Source: an uncultured cyanobacterium
GTDB lineage: Bacteria > Cyanobacteriota > Cyanobacteriia > Leptolyngbyales > Leptolyngbyaceae
Reading direction: 5' to 3'
DNA: 29,577 bases
Assembly: GCA_963766075.1 (NCBI GenBank)
Contig: CAVYAN010000066.1
Span: 1 to 29,577, forward strand
Notes under the pieces: generated by a model
Told to the model about the DNA's origin: nothing
The model's database searches: none
What the model saw: only the letters and a program-made list of their open reading frames with translations
Part shown: positions 18,210-28,246 of the stretch, in pieces
Layout: each line of letters begins with the position of its first letter
How positions within the stretch are numbered: position 1 is the first letter of the stretch
Program-made: the position numbers and the translations under genes

Positions 18210-19529
18210 TTGCTGGAATTTGTGAGTGGGGGGATCATTTCCCTCTGGCTAAATATGGCGGGATATACGCCCCTTCTGAGTTGGACGCAGTTTTTACCCT
18301 CGCTAGATGTACCGTGGCAAATCACCCCTGGACCGGTGGAACCGGAGGCCGAGACAATCCTGGCCACCTATTTAAAAACCCTGAAGAGCCAGGGGTTAGA
18401 GAATAACTTGCAAGGGCTATGGCTGCAAACGGGAACCCAGTTTTTGGCCATGAATCAGGGGAGTCAGCCCCTCCCCGCCGCATCCTTGACAAAGGTGGCA
18501 ACATCCTGGGCAGCCTTGCAAACCTGGGGAGTGGACCACCGATTTGACACCCTGATTTTGACAACGGGCCCCATTCAGGCCGGAGTGCTGACCGGGGACC
18601 TGGTGATTGTGGGAGGAGGGGATCCAGCCCTGGTGGCAGAAGAAGCGATCGCCCTGGGCAACCGCCTCAACCAATTGGGCATTCGTCAGGTCACGGGCGG
18701 ACTGGCGATCGCGGGCAACTTTTGGGTAGATTTTCAGACCGATGTCAAACAATCGGGCGAAACCTTTAAACAGTTGATTAACGCCAAAACATGGTCCGAC
18801 GAGACGGAATCCATTTTTCAGAAATTACCCCAGGGCACGCCCCGCCCTGAGGTGGCGATCGCGGGTCCCGTTGCCGTTCTGCCCCAGAGTGCCATTCCCG
18901 TGGACCTGCCCAAAATACTGCAACACCCGTCCCTGACTGTAATGCAGTTGCTAAAGCTCATGAATACCTACAGCAATAATTTTCTAGCCCAATCCCTGGC
19001 CTCAAATTTAGGGGGTGTTGGCCCAATTATGGCGGCAGCAACGGAGGGCGCAGGAGTCGCGTCCGAGGAAATTCAACTCCAAAACGGTTCCGGCTTGGGC
19101 ACTGCCAATCAGCTTTCGGCCCGAGCTGTCTGTGTCCTGTTTGCGGCGATACAGCACTATCTGCAACCGCGTCACCTGAGCCTTGGCAATATCTTTCCCG
19201 TAGCAGGACGAGACCTCGGCACCCTAGAGAGCCGGACGATTCCCAAGACGGCGGTGGTCAAAACCGGTACCCTCAACCATGTCAGCGCCCTCGCCGGGAT
19301 TCTGCCGACCCGCGATCGCGGCCTCGTCTGGTTTGCTATCCTCAACCAGGGATCCGACATTGGGGGTTTGCGCCATCAGCAAGATCGCTTTTTACAGACC
19401 TTGACCCAACAGTGGGGAAACACCACCACGGCCACTCTCATCACCCCACTTGCGCCCCCAAACTCCGACCAGCAAGCACGGCAGGACTGGGTAAAAGCTG
19501 CCGTTGACTTTAATTCACAACAGCAGTAA
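18210..19529 (+). CDS. dacB: D-alanyl-D-alanine carboxypeptidase/endopeptidase (peptidase S13, PBP4-like)
   Basis: PAASLTK (SxxK), GGGDP, SNN (SxN), NGSGL, KTGTL; GGAGG before TTG 18210 (ORF track 18174). Confidence 0.88.
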   Translation: MLEFVSGGIISLWLNMAGYTPLLSWTQFLPSLDVPWQITPGPVEPEAETILATYLKTLKSQGLENNLQGLWLQTGTQFLAMNQGSQPLPAASLTKVATSWAALQTWGVDHRFDTLILTTGPIQAGVLTGDLVIVGGGDPALVAEEAIALGNRLNQLGIRQVTGGLAIAGNFWVDFQTDVKQSGETFKQLINAKTWSDETESIFQKLPQGTPRPEVAIAGPVAVLPQSAIPVDLPKILQHPSLTVMQLLKLMNTYSNNFLAQSLASNLGGVGPIMAAATEGAGVASEEIQLQNGSGLGTANQLSARAVCVLFAAIQHYLQPRHLSLGNIFPVAGRDLGTLESRTIPKTAVVKTGTLNHVSALAGILPTRDRGLVWFAILNQGSDIGGLRHQQDRFLQTLTQQWGNTTTATLITPLAPPNSDQQARQDWVKAAVDFNSQQQ

Positions 19530-19642
19530 CGCACAGCAGCAATCACTCATCACAACAGCCGTGCCATAACTCAACCCTAGCCGCTACCTCCTAGGGACGC
19601 CAAACTGCCCCTCTTTAATCAAACACCCCAAATCATCGCAAA

Positions 19643-19689
19643 TAATTCTTAACCAAGATTAATCTTAACCAAGATTAATTCTTAACCAA
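19643..19689. repeat. 15-16-bp tandem repeat x3 covering the comB stop codon
   Basis: TAATTCTTAACCAAGAT-TAATCTTAACCAAGAT-TAATTCTTAACCAA. Confidence 0.85.
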
Positions 19690-20409
19690 CACCCCCACCT
19701 CCCGCTGAATCGGCAGGGTGTTGAGCACATCCGTCTGGGCACAGTATTGCAAGTCAGTATGCGCCTCTAAGCGCAGTAGGCGTTTGCCATGGCTGGCATG
19801 GTGGAACAACCCCAACAGATCATGCTGCCACGCTTCGTACAGCGTAACGGCTCCAGTCACTTCGTCGTTGTCCGCCAATTCATCCAGGGGAATGCCCAAA
19901 GCTAAGTGCAAACTGTGGGCGATCGCCCCTGCACAGACCGTATCCTCCAGGGCAAAGCTCCCTTCCCAACCCGAATTAACAATCCATACCGTTTCAGGAT
20001 TTTTCTCCAGTACATGCTGCACCACCGCCGCGCGGTTAATCAACGCCGCCGCCAGCACTGTCGGAGCCGCCTCAATGCATTGCAGTGCCCGCGTGCCATT
20101 GGTCGTACTCATAAATAACCGCCGCCCCGTCATCAATGCAGGCGTACAGTCCAAGGGAGAATTGCCAAAGTCAAATCCGTCAACTTTACCGCCACCCCGT
20201 TCCCCCGCCCGAATGCGCTTCGCAGGATCCCAGTCAGCACTCACCTGCAGCAACTTATCTAGATCGCTAAAGACCTGCACTGCCTCAGCTCCAGCACTCA
20301 GGGCGGTCACAATTGTGCTCGTAGCTCTTAGCACATCAACGGCGATCGCACAATCCGCTGTAGTTTTCGCAGGAGTCAGTTCAGGCGTATGAAAAATAGA
20401 CAGCTTCAT
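19675..20409 (-). CDS. comB: 2-phosphosulfolactate phosphatase family protein
   Basis: [37 protein letters not shown]. Confidence 0.92.
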   Translation of the reverse strand: MKLSIFHTPELTPAKTTADCAIAVDVLRATSTIVTALSAGAEAVQVFSDLDKLLQVSADWDPAKRIRAGERGGGKVDGFDFGNSPLDCTPALMTGRRLFMSTTNGTRALQCIEAAPTVLAAALINRAAVVQHVLEKNPETVWIVNSGWEGSFALEDTVCAGAIAHSLHLALGIPLDELADNDEVTGAVTLYEAWQHDLLGLFHHASHGKRLLRLEAHTDLQYCAQTDVLNTLPIQREVGVLVKN

Positions 20410-20447
20410 AAATGGCGCAAGGGTGGATTAGGGGGTGATTCAGAAAC

Positions 20448-20591
20448 AAGTAATGCCAGCAACGCAAGGAGTCATGCCAGCAGCACAATGCCGAGAGCGT
20501 AGCCAAAGATACAGTTTTATGACGTAGCCAAAGATACGGTTTATAGTCATTGATTCTACGGGCCAGTCTAGGATTCTACGGGCCAGTCTAG
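20448..20591. repeat. Three consecutive short tandem duplications in the comB/prk intergenic region
   Basis: AGT(A/C)ATGCCAGCA x2; CGTAGCCAAAGATAC(A/G)GTTT x2 (20498, 20523); GATTCTACGGGCCAGTCTAG x2 (20552, 20572). Confidence 0.85.
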
Positions 20592-20732
20592 AGCCTAGGG
20601 AAATAGCGGTGAGCAGGTAACATTTCATGTACCCGCACCCACAGCGCGCCCCCAATCCTTAATAAAATACAACCACCTGTACCCCCTGAGGGATTGAATC
20701 GCTTCGAGATTACCTATTGAATAGGAGAGCAC

Positions 20733-21659
20733 ATGACCCGTCCGATTATCCTTGGCATTGTCGGCGATAGTGCCGCAGGCAAAACCACCCTTACCCGTGG
20801 CATTGCTCAATTTCTCGGTCCTGAAAACGTGACGGTAATTTGTACCGATGACTACCATCGCTACGATCGCCAGCAGCGTGCCGAAAAAGGCATTACCGCC
20901 CTCCATCCCGACTGCAACTACCTCGACATCATGCAGCAGCATCTATCGCTGCTGCGCACTGGGCAGCCCATCCTCAAACCCATTTATAACCACCACAGCG
21001 GCACCTTCGATCCCCCCGAATACATCAAACCCAACCAGTTCATCATCGTTGAAGGGCTGCTGGGCTATTCCACACGGGTGGCCCGTGATGCCTACGATGT
21101 CAAGGTTTACCTGGCCCCACCGGAAGAAGTTCGGGCCCAATGGAAAATTAAGCGCGACACCCAAAAGCGAGGCTACACCGAGGAGCAAGTCCGGGCAGAA
21201 ATGGCCAAGCGGGAACCGGATTCTGAGCAATATATTCGTCCCCAACGCCAATGGGCGGACCTGGTTGTCTCCTTCTATCCCCCGGCAGAGGGGCCCAGTG
21301 CCAGCAACCTCAACGTGCGCTTGGTGCTGCGTCCCAACATTCCCCATCCCAACCTGACCAAGGTGGCTAGCCTGGATGGCAAAAATGCCCATGCTGCCAT
21401 CCGCCTGGGCCTAGACCGCGACATGGGTAAGCCCGTCGATGTTCTAGAAATTGATGGCCATGCCACCAGTGAGCAAGTGGCTGAACTGGAGCACTTTATC
21501 TGTGGTGCCAGTCCCCATTTACTGAATATCTGCAACCGGGAAATGAACCCTGAGCTAGGCAAAGTCACGGGCACCACCGGAGAAACGCTGCAAAGCTATC
21601 CCTTGGCCATTACGCAACTGTTGGTGGCGTATCACATGCTGAAGGCCAAAGGATTATAA
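20733..21659 (+). CDS. Phosphoribulokinase/uridine kinase family protein (PRK paralog)
   Basis: GIVGDSAAGKTT, ICTDDYHRYDR, KPIYNHHSG, IVEGL, WKIKRD, YIRPQRQWAD; AGGAG RBS. Confidence 0.88.
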   Translation: MTRPIILGIVGDSAAGKTTLTRGIAQFLGPENVTVICTDDYHRYDRQQRAEKGITALHPDCNYLDIMQQHLSLLRTGQPILKPIYNHHSGTFDPPEYIKPNQFIIVEGLLGYSTRVARDAYDVKVYLAPPEEVRAQWKIKRDTQKRGYTEEQVRAEMAKREPDSEQYIRPQRQWADLVVSFYPPAEGPSASNLNVRLVLRPNIPHPNLTKVASLDGKNAHAAIRLGLDRDMGKPVDVLEIDGHATSEQVAELEHFICGASPHLLNICNREMNPELGKVTGTTGETLQSYPLAITQLLVAYHMLKAKGL

Positions 21660-21687
21660 GCCTCTGAGGGAAAAAACAGGAAAAAAA

Positions 21688-21770
21688 CGGAGAGGGCGGG
21701 ATTCGAACCCGCGAGGCTTGCACCTGCTCGATTTCAAGTCGAGTGCATTCGACCACTCTGCCACCTCTCC
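21688..21770 (-). tRNA. tRNA-Ser(UGA)
   Basis: GGAGAGGTGGCAGAGTGGTCGAATGCA-CTCGA-CTTGAAA-TCGAG, long variable arm, GCGGGTTCGAATCCCGC-CCTCTCC-G; no encoded CCA; T run follows. Confidence 0.96.
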
Positions 21771-22043
21771 AGATTAGAGAATCCAAACCACTTAAGCGCC
21801 GATTTTGGGACTCTGTGACGGGTGCTCTGTGCTTATTGTATAAGCAAGTTTGGTGATTGCGCAATCGCCCACAACAATCCCTCTGGGATTTTAAGCCCTT
21901 GACCTCTAGCTCCCTGGAGTTCTCTCTAGTGCTTTGGGGTACTGAAGCATCGCCCAAAGGGCCGGATACCTAGGCTGCTCAAATCCAAACAAGACTGGTA
22001 AAATCCAAACTGGATAGAACCCCGAATCTTGGGATGGAACCTT

Positions 22044-22634
22044 GTGACTGAGCGATCGCCTTCTCCTCCCGACCTTGAACCCCTAACCCGCAGCCAAATT
22101 CTAATCGGCATGGGGTGCACCGCGGTATTTCTCATGCTGGCCTCCAAGCTGTGGATGCACTGGGGCGCAGTTGCCCTGTTCCCCACCGTGCTGTCAGTAG
22201 AATCCCTCGGCGTGGGACTGGGCCTAGGACTAGCCATCACTGGGGCCAGTTCCGTGATGTATCGCCTATGGGGAGCCTATCGCCGCAATGCTGATTACTA
22301 TCTCCGTTTAGTTCTAGAACCCTTGGTCTGGAGTGACTTGCTGTGGCTGGGGTTATTGCCTGGAATGAGTGAGGAACTGTTGTTTCGGGGGGTGATGCTA
22401 CCCGCCTTTGGCATGGATTGGCAGGCTGTGCTCCTATCCAGCATCTGTTTTGGCGTATTGCATTTAAGCAGTCCTAAACAGTGGGCCTATGTGATCTGGG
22501 CCATGATCATTGGTAGCGTGCTGGGTGCCAGCGCATTAGTCACTGGCAACTTATTGGTGCCAATTATTGCCCATATTTTTACAAATATCCTATCCAGCGT
22601 TATGTGGAAATGGGATGAACGGGTTCTGGAATAA
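22044..22634 (+). CDS. CPBP (CAAX/Abi) family intramembrane metalloprotease
   Basis: PGMSEELLFRG, FGVLH, PIIAHIFTN, several TM helices; start uncertain (22029-22044). Confidence 0.9.
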   Translation: MTERSPSPPDLEPLTRSQILIGMGCTAVFLMLASKLWMHWGAVALFPTVLSVESLGVGLGLGLAITGASSVMYRLWGAYRRNADYYLRLVLEPLVWSDLLWLGLLPGMSEELLFRGVMLPAFGMDWQAVLLSSICFGVLHLSSPKQWAYVIWAMIIGSVLGASALVTGNLLVPIIAHIFTNILSSVMWKWDERVLE

Positions 22635-22679
22635 ATCGTGGACCTGGAATAAACCGTAGACCTGGAATAAACCGTAGAC
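22626..22679. repeat. 18-bp tandem repeat x3 covering the CPBP stop codon
   Basis: CTGGAATAAATCGTGGAC-CTGGAATAAACCGTAGAC-CTGGAATAAACCGTAGAC. Confidence 0.92.
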
Positions 22680-22726
22680 TTTGTGGGGACATGGCGTCGA
22701 AACGGCATCGCCTTAGAACAACCGCG

Positions 22727-23980
22727 TTACGCGATCGCCTTGGCCAAATTGGCATACCCCACGACTTTATCAAAAGCGCCCAAGGCATAATGCGCACTTT
22801 TGAGGCGACTCAGAGTTTGGGCTTCGATCCGCGTATCTTGCATCTTGCGCGCCACGGTGAGGCGGCTTTCATAGCAACTAATCGCTTCATCGTATTTGCC
22901 CAGGGCCTCGTAGGCAATCCCCATTGTGCTGAGGGCCTGTTCTTCACCCCGCAGATCGTCCAAATTATGAGCAACGACCCATCGTTGCTGGCTGCAATCG
23001 AGCGCCCGGTCATACTCCCCTAAGGCCGCATAGGTATTACTCAAATTGCTCAGGACCTGACCTTCGGTGCGGCAATTGCCCAATTCCCGCGCTAATACCA
23101 GTCGTTGGTGATAATAGCCCACCGCTCTTCTATAGTCACGCACTGCGTAGCAGGCATTGCCCAAATTGCGAAGAATTTGCTCCTCTAGATAATCGTCCTG
23201 GAGCTCGCGGGCGATCGCTAAACTCTGGACCTGGTAGTGAATGGCGGTTTGGGGATCACCCTGGGTTTTGTAAGTCAAACCCAAATTATTCAAAGCTGCC
23301 ATCTCACCCCGGAGGTCTTGGGTGGCCCGAGCCGACTCCAGGCTCTGATTTTGATAGACAATCGCCTGTTCAAGATCATCCAGATGGCGATAGGCATTCC
23401 CCAGATTGGCCAAAATCTTAGTGATGTGGCGACGATCCGAAAGCGGTTGAGCCAGTGCTAATGCGCGTTGCGAATAGTCAACAGCCGTCGCATAGCGTTG
23501 CAGGCAATAGTACGCCAAACCCATACTGCTCAAGGCTTTTGCCTGCCCACCTAAATCCTGAATACAGTGGTAAATGGCATGGGCAGCCTCAAAGGAACGT
23601 AGCGCCTCTGGGTACTGACTCGCCTGCTGCTGGTCACTGCCCTGGCGCAAGAGGCGATGGGCAGAGTCTTGGGGAGTAGCGCCTGAAATCGGAATTGGGC
23701 CTAATCGGGGGCTGGCCGTCGAGTTCTGGGCAGTGGCTAAAGGCAGCATTGTGGCCGGAGGGGGACTTGCTTCCCATGCGGACAAGTCACCCCGCAGGCA
23801 ATCTTCGGACAGCCTCCCGTTTTCTGGGGCAATCACCCCTCTGCCTTCTGGGGCAATCACCCCTCTGCCTTCTGGAGCAATCATCCCTCTGCTTTCTGGG
23901 GCAACCACAGTATCGAGCAAGGCCAGGTTAGAGAGGGCGGTGTTGGCGATAAGGTTGGAGTACTCGGTTGGGCTAAACAT
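22727..23980 (-). CDS. Tetratricopeptide repeat protein with low-complexity N-terminus
   Basis: About seven 40-aa repeats of the type ALNNLGLTYKTQGDPQTAIHYQVQSLAIARELQD; GAGGGG upstream of ATG 23980. Confidence 0.88.
   Translation of the reverse strand: MFSPTEYSNLIANTALSNLALLDTVVAPESRGMIAPEGRGVIAPEGRGVIAPENGRLSEDCLRGDLSAWEASPPPATMLPLATAQNSTASPRLGPIPISGATPQDSAHRLLRQGSDQQQASQYPEALRSFEAAHAIYHCIQDLGGQAKALSSMGLAYYCLQRYATAVDYSQRALALAQPLSDRRHITKILANLGNAYRHLDDLEQAIVYQNQSLESARATQDLRGEMAALNNLGLTYKTQGDPQTAIHYQVQSLAIARELQDDYLEEQILRNLGNACYAVRDYRRAVGYYHQRLVLARELGNCRTEGQVLSNLSNTYAALGEYDRALDCSQQRWVVAHNLDDLRGEEQALSTMGIAYEALGKYDEAISCYESRLTVARKMQDTRIEAQTLSRLKSAHYALGAFDKVVGYANLAKAIA
23822..23908 (-). repeat. 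Coding 24-bp tandem repeat (~3.5 units, APEGRGVI)
   Basis: TTCTGGGGCAATCACCCCTCTGCC units on the + strand. Confidence 0.9.
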
Positions 23981-24281
23981 GGGTGCATCTCCCCTCAAAA
24001 TGAATTCGCCGAAGGTATACGGACGAATTTCGGTATAAATTATTAACAAGATTTAAGCGGGCTTCTGGAATAGATAGCTGCCAAGTTGTTACTACTAGAC
24101 TGCATCCCTCTATACAACCTAACGCTTAGAAGACCGTTAAGCACTCGGTGATTCTGGATTATTTGCGATCGGAATCGATGAAGACATAGAAAAGAAAATC
24201 AGTGTTATCACTGACTTCAACGTCTATTTTGTGGCACATCGAAAACTGTCCTCAAACGTCGCTCCCACTCAGATTGAGGGA

Positions 24282-25610
24282 TTATTTGGCGATCGCCGCC
24301 CCTACGACCTGCGCTGGACCCACCAGGGAAATATACGGATCGGCAAAATGGCGCACCGCAGCCTCCTGGATAGCCGACGCACTCAGGGCCGCAATGTTCT
24401 CCTGAAAGCGATCGTCAAAGTCAATGCTGAGATTGAGGGTTTCATACCAGCCAAAGGTTTGGGCGATTTGGGCATTCGTTTGCTTGCCCAGGGCATACTG
24501 ACCCAGAATTTTATTCTTGGCGGCTTGGAGGGTTTCAGCATCCAGGGGCAGATCCCTGAGGCGATCGACTTCAGCTTGCAAGCCAGCAATGGCAATTTCT
24601 GTATTTTCTGGAGCTGTACCCATGTACACCACAAACTGGGCCACATCGAGCCGGGTGGGATAAAAGGCAGAGACCTCATAGGCCAGACCGCGCTTTTCCC
24701 GGAGTTCGACAAACAGGCGGCTAGACAAACCGTTGCCAAGATAGCTATTCAGCAGCTTGAGGGCCATGTAATCAGCGGAGTCGGCAGCCTCCGTTAACTT
24801 CGGGGTTTGGGAGAGGGCCGGGGCTAGCGGCGTCACGGCAGGGGCCAGGTAGCCCAGCATCACAATGGCTTGCTGAGTGTCTTGGGCGATCGCGGCCCGC
24901 TGCGGCTGCGAACTGATCGGGAACGAGTCCAAGATGGGGAGGGGAGTAGTGGGGGCTTGCCAATCACCCAGGATGCGGGCAATCAACTCAGTAGCCGCCT
25001 CTGGGGCAATTCGTCCGGAAAGGCTGATCACCAAATTGTCGGGGCGGAAATGGGTGCGGTGAAACTGCTGCAAATCCTGCTGAGTTAGCTGAGACACGGT
25101 AGCCTCGGTGCCTAAGCCAGACTGGGCATAGGGGTGATTGCCATACATGATCTGCCGCAATTGATCGAAGGCGAGGGTAAAAGGCTGTTCTTGTTGCGAG
25201 CGGATGGCTTGCAGGGTAAGGCGGCGCTCCAGTTCCAATTCGTGGCTGGGGAAAGTGGGCGATCGCAGCAGTTCGCTAGCCAGTTGCAACATGGCGGGAA
25301 AGTCGGCGGCCACCGTCTTTAAACTCACCAAGAAATAGTCTGTGGAAGAATCCGTGCCTAAACTCGCCCCCAGGGATTCCACCTGTTCGGCAATTTCCAT
25401 GGAAGACAAATTCGCTGTGCCTTTGGTCATCAGAGCGGCCATTAGATGGGATAACCCAGCAGTTTGGGCCGTTTCCCAGCGGCTCCCGGCCCGGATGAAC
25501 AGACGGGCCGCAATAATATCGGCGGCGGGGTTTTCCTTGGCTAAAACCACAATGCCATTCGGCAAAATAGTGCGATGAATAAAGGATGACGGACTCAGGG
25601 TGGGGCACAT
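24282..25610 (-). CDS. M16 family peptidase, non-catalytic-type subunit
   Basis: M16 fold motifs (AGSRWE, SSRLFVELREKRGLAYEV); HxxEH is degenerate (HLMAA). Confidence 0.88.
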   Translation of the reverse strand: MCPTLSPSSFIHRTILPNGIVVLAKENPAADIIAARLFIRAGSRWETAQTAGLSHLMAALMTKGTANLSSMEIAEQVESLGASLGTDSSTDYFLVSLKTVAADFPAMLQLASELLRSPTFPSHELELERRLTLQAIRSQQEQPFTLAFDQLRQIMYGNHPYAQSGLGTEATVSQLTQQDLQQFHRTHFRPDNLVISLSGRIAPEAATELIARILGDWQAPTTPLPILDSFPISSQPQRAAIAQDTQQAIVMLGYLAPAVTPLAPALSQTPKLTEAADSADYMALKLLNSYLGNGLSSRLFVELREKRGLAYEVSAFYPTRLDVAQFVVYMGTAPENTEIAIAGLQAEVDRLRDLPLDAETLQAAKNKILGQYALGKQTNAQIAQTFGWYETLNLSIDFDDRFQENIAALSASAIQEAAVRHFADPYISLVGPAQVVGAAIAK

Positions 25611-25625
25611 GGGCAAAAAATCAGC

Positions 25626-26954
25626 TTACAGGGGTCTAACAATCGTGGCGGCGTAGTGGCAGGGAGACAGGTATTGGGTCGCGAGGGTTTGCAGGTAATC
25701 CGCTTCTAGGGTTTGGATGCGATCGGGGTAGGTGAGGGCAATGTCGGGGCGGGCCAGGATGCTGTAGTAGCCGTAGAGTCCGGCCAGTTGGCAGGGGGTT
25801 TCCGTGGAAAACGCGTGGTCATTGCACAACAGGCGTTTGCAGCGGGCAAGTTCTGCCGGAGTGATGGGATGGCTGAGCAGTTCGGCTAGGCGATCGCAAA
25901 TAATTGCTTCTACGCGCTCAAGATGCTCTGGCTCTAACCAGGCAGAAATCGTGAACAAGCCGGATTCCTTTTGCAGCGCAAAGCCACTGCTAATGCCCTG
26001 AACCAGTTGCCGTTCTTCACGCAATTCTTTAACAAGGCGGGAGGTCCGGCCCTCAGCCAAGACAATGGAGAGCACATCTAGCCCGTAGGCAGCTTGGACT
26101 TGCTGATCAATGCTTTGCAGGGGCGAGTCGATACCGGGACCGTGCCATGCCAGCATGAGGCGGGCTTGTTCGAGGCGGGGGAGGCCCAGTTCCTGACGCC
26201 GAATGGTGGGGATCGGGGGTTCGGCGTCGGACTGATGATGGGGGCTATGGCCTCGATCAGGGAAGTGGCTAAAGTGCTGACTTACGAGATCTAGGGCTTG
26301 GGCCTCGGGAATGTTGCCCACCACCACCACGGTCATGTTTTCGGGCTGGTAATGGGTATGGTGGAATTGCCGCATTTCAGCGGGCGATCGCCGCCGCAAA
26401 ATCTCCTCTGTCCCCAGAATCGGTCGCCCGTAGGCGTGCCGCTGATAGACCAGTTCGCTGAGGGCCTGGAAGGCCAGCCAGTCGGGATTATCGGCAGCTT
26501 GGCGAATTTCTTCCAGAACGACATCGCGTTCCCGATCAAATTCATCATCGGGAATGGCCGCGTGCAGCAGGATTTCCGCCAGGTAGGGCAGGGTGGCGGG
26601 CAAATGCTGCGTGGCGGTGGTGATGAAAAAGTGGGCGTAATCGTGACCAGTGGCGGCGTTGGTACTGCCGCCATACTGTTCTATGGCAGCGTCGAATTGT
26701 CCGGGGGGCAATTGGTCGGAGCCTTTGAAAATCATGTGCTCGAGGAAGTGGGCCATGCCAATCCAGTCGTCGGGCTCGGCGATCGCACCGGCTTTGACCC
26801 AGACATCCACAGCCGCAACGCTGGTGGTGGGCATATAGTGGTGAATGACCGTCAAGCCGTTGGTGAGGCGATGGCAGGTGACGGGGCCGGCGAGGGCGGG
26901 CAGGGAGGGGGAAATCACTCGGTTCAAGAGATGGTCCGCCAGATAAGGGGTCAC
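25626..26954 (-). CDS. M16 family zinc peptidase, catalytic subunit
   Basis: GMAHFLEHMIFKG, NAATGHD, ERDVVLEEI. Confidence 0.92.
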   Translation of the reverse strand: MTPYLADHLLNRVISPSLPALAGPVTCHRLTNGLTVIHHYMPTTSVAAVDVWVKAGAIAEPDDWIGMAHFLEHMIFKGSDQLPPGQFDAAIEQYGGSTNAATGHDYAHFFITTATQHLPATLPYLAEILLHAAIPDDEFDRERDVVLEEIRQAADNPDWLAFQALSELVYQRHAYGRPILGTEEILRRRSPAEMRQFHHTHYQPENMTVVVVGNIPEAQALDLVSQHFSHFPDRGHSPHHQSDAEPPIPTIRRQELGLPRLEQARLMLAWHGPGIDSPLQSIDQQVQAAYGLDVLSIVLAEGRTSRLVKELREERQLVQGISSGFALQKESGLFTISAWLEPEHLERVEAIICDRLAELLSHPITPAELARCKRLLCNDHAFSTETPCQLAGLYGYYSILARPDIALTYPDRIQTLEADYLQTLATQYLSPCHYAATIVRPL

Positions 26955-27265
26955 ATAAAAGGGCTGTTTAGAGAAATTATAGTGAAGTTAGAGGACAGAT
27001 AACCATCGCTTAACATTACGGACCGTGGTGTTCTACGAAGGGATGTGTGCTGAATCAAGCAAAACTTCATAGAGATCCCGTGGAGACTTCATACGGGCTT
27101 TATATTTTCCACGGTAAAATTCCGGAATCTAAATCCGCTGGCGAAAAGATGGGTCAGGGGAAACACAGTCCCGTAGAGTAAAGGAGCAAGAGTAAAGGAG
27201 CATCTGCTGCTTGACGGCGGCTTGATTGTCCGACGCGCCATGACTCAACGCCATGACGAAAAGCC

Positions 27266-28246
27266 ATGACTAAAGTGATTATTCAAATCCCTTGCTATAA
27301 CGAGGAAGCAACTCTGGGCTTAACCCTGTCGGAACTGCCGCGCCAACTACCAGGAGTGGATCGGGTGGAGTGGCTAATTATTAATGACGGCAGTGTGGAT
27401 CGCACCGTCGAAGTCGCCCGCACGAATGGGGTGGATCATGTGGTCAATTTTGAATACAACCAGGGCTTGGCCAAAGCCTTTATGGCGGGATTGGAGGCGG
27501 CGCTGAAGGCGGGGGCAGATATTATCGTCAATACGGATGCGGACAATCAGTACTGTGCGGCAGATATTCCGCTGCTGATCGAACCGATTTTACGCGGCGA
27601 GGCGGAAATTGTGATTGGAGCCCGCCCGATCGCCAATATCAAGCACTTCTCTCCGATTAAGAAATTTCTGCAAAAGCTGGGCAGTTGGGTGGTGCGCCTT
27701 GCCAGTGGCACCACCATTCCCGATGCGCCCAGCGGGTTTCGGGCGATTAGTCGGAATGCGGCCCTGCAACTGAATGTGTTTAATCCCTACACCTATACTC
27801 TGGAAACGATTATCCAGGCGGGGCAGAAGGGCATGGCCATGACTTCAGTACCGATTCGGACCAATGGCTTTTTGCGGCCTTCGCGGTTGGTGAAGAGTAT
27901 TCCATCCTATGTGCAGCGATCGATCCTCACGATTGTGCGCATTTTCATGACCTATCAGCCGCTGAAGTTCTTTTTTTTGCTGGGCAGCTTTCCCTTTGGG
28001 CTGGGGATGTTGCTAGGCCTGCGGTGGCTGTGGCTGTTTTTGCTGGTGGATGGGGCGACGCGATCGCGGGTACCCAGTTTGGTCCTGGCGGCAATCCTGA
28101 TTCTCATCGGCTTTCAACTGTGGATGCTGGGACTAATTGCCGATGTCCTAGCGGTGAATCGGAAGCTGTTGGAGGACGTGCAACTGCGGCTGCGACGGGC
28201 CGAGGTGGACAAAATGCGGGCGGAAATCGGGAAAAAAGCGCCATGA
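27266..28246 (+). CDS. Glycosyltransferase family 2 with C-terminal TM helices
   Basis: IPCYNEE, INDGSVD, NTDADNQY, DAPSGFRA. Confidence 0.92.
   Translation: MTKVIIQIPCYNEEATLGLTLSELPRQLPGVDRVEWLIINDGSVDRTVEVARTNGVDHVVNFEYNQGLAKAFMAGLEAALKAGADIIVNTDADNQYCAADIPLLIEPILRGEAEIVIGARPIANIKHFSPIKKFLQKLGSWVVRLASGTTIPDAPSGFRAISRNAALQLNVFNPYTYTLETIIQAGQKGMAMTSVPIRTNGFLRPSRLVKSIPSYVQRSILTIVRIFMTYQPLKFFFLLGSFPFGLGMLLGLRWLWLFLLVDGATRSRVPSLVLAAILILIGFQLWMLGLIADVLAVNRKLLEDVQLRLRRAEVDKMRAEIGKKAP

Noticed and set aside
19718..20392. Long antisense ORFs (this one, also 9050-9676, 26298-27002, 1938-2558)
   Set aside because: Shadows of well-supported genes on the opposite strand with no recognisable motifs.
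21688..21770. tRNA-Ser as an integration site
   Set aside because: No integrase and no duplicated tRNA 3' end seen; flanks are housekeeping genes.
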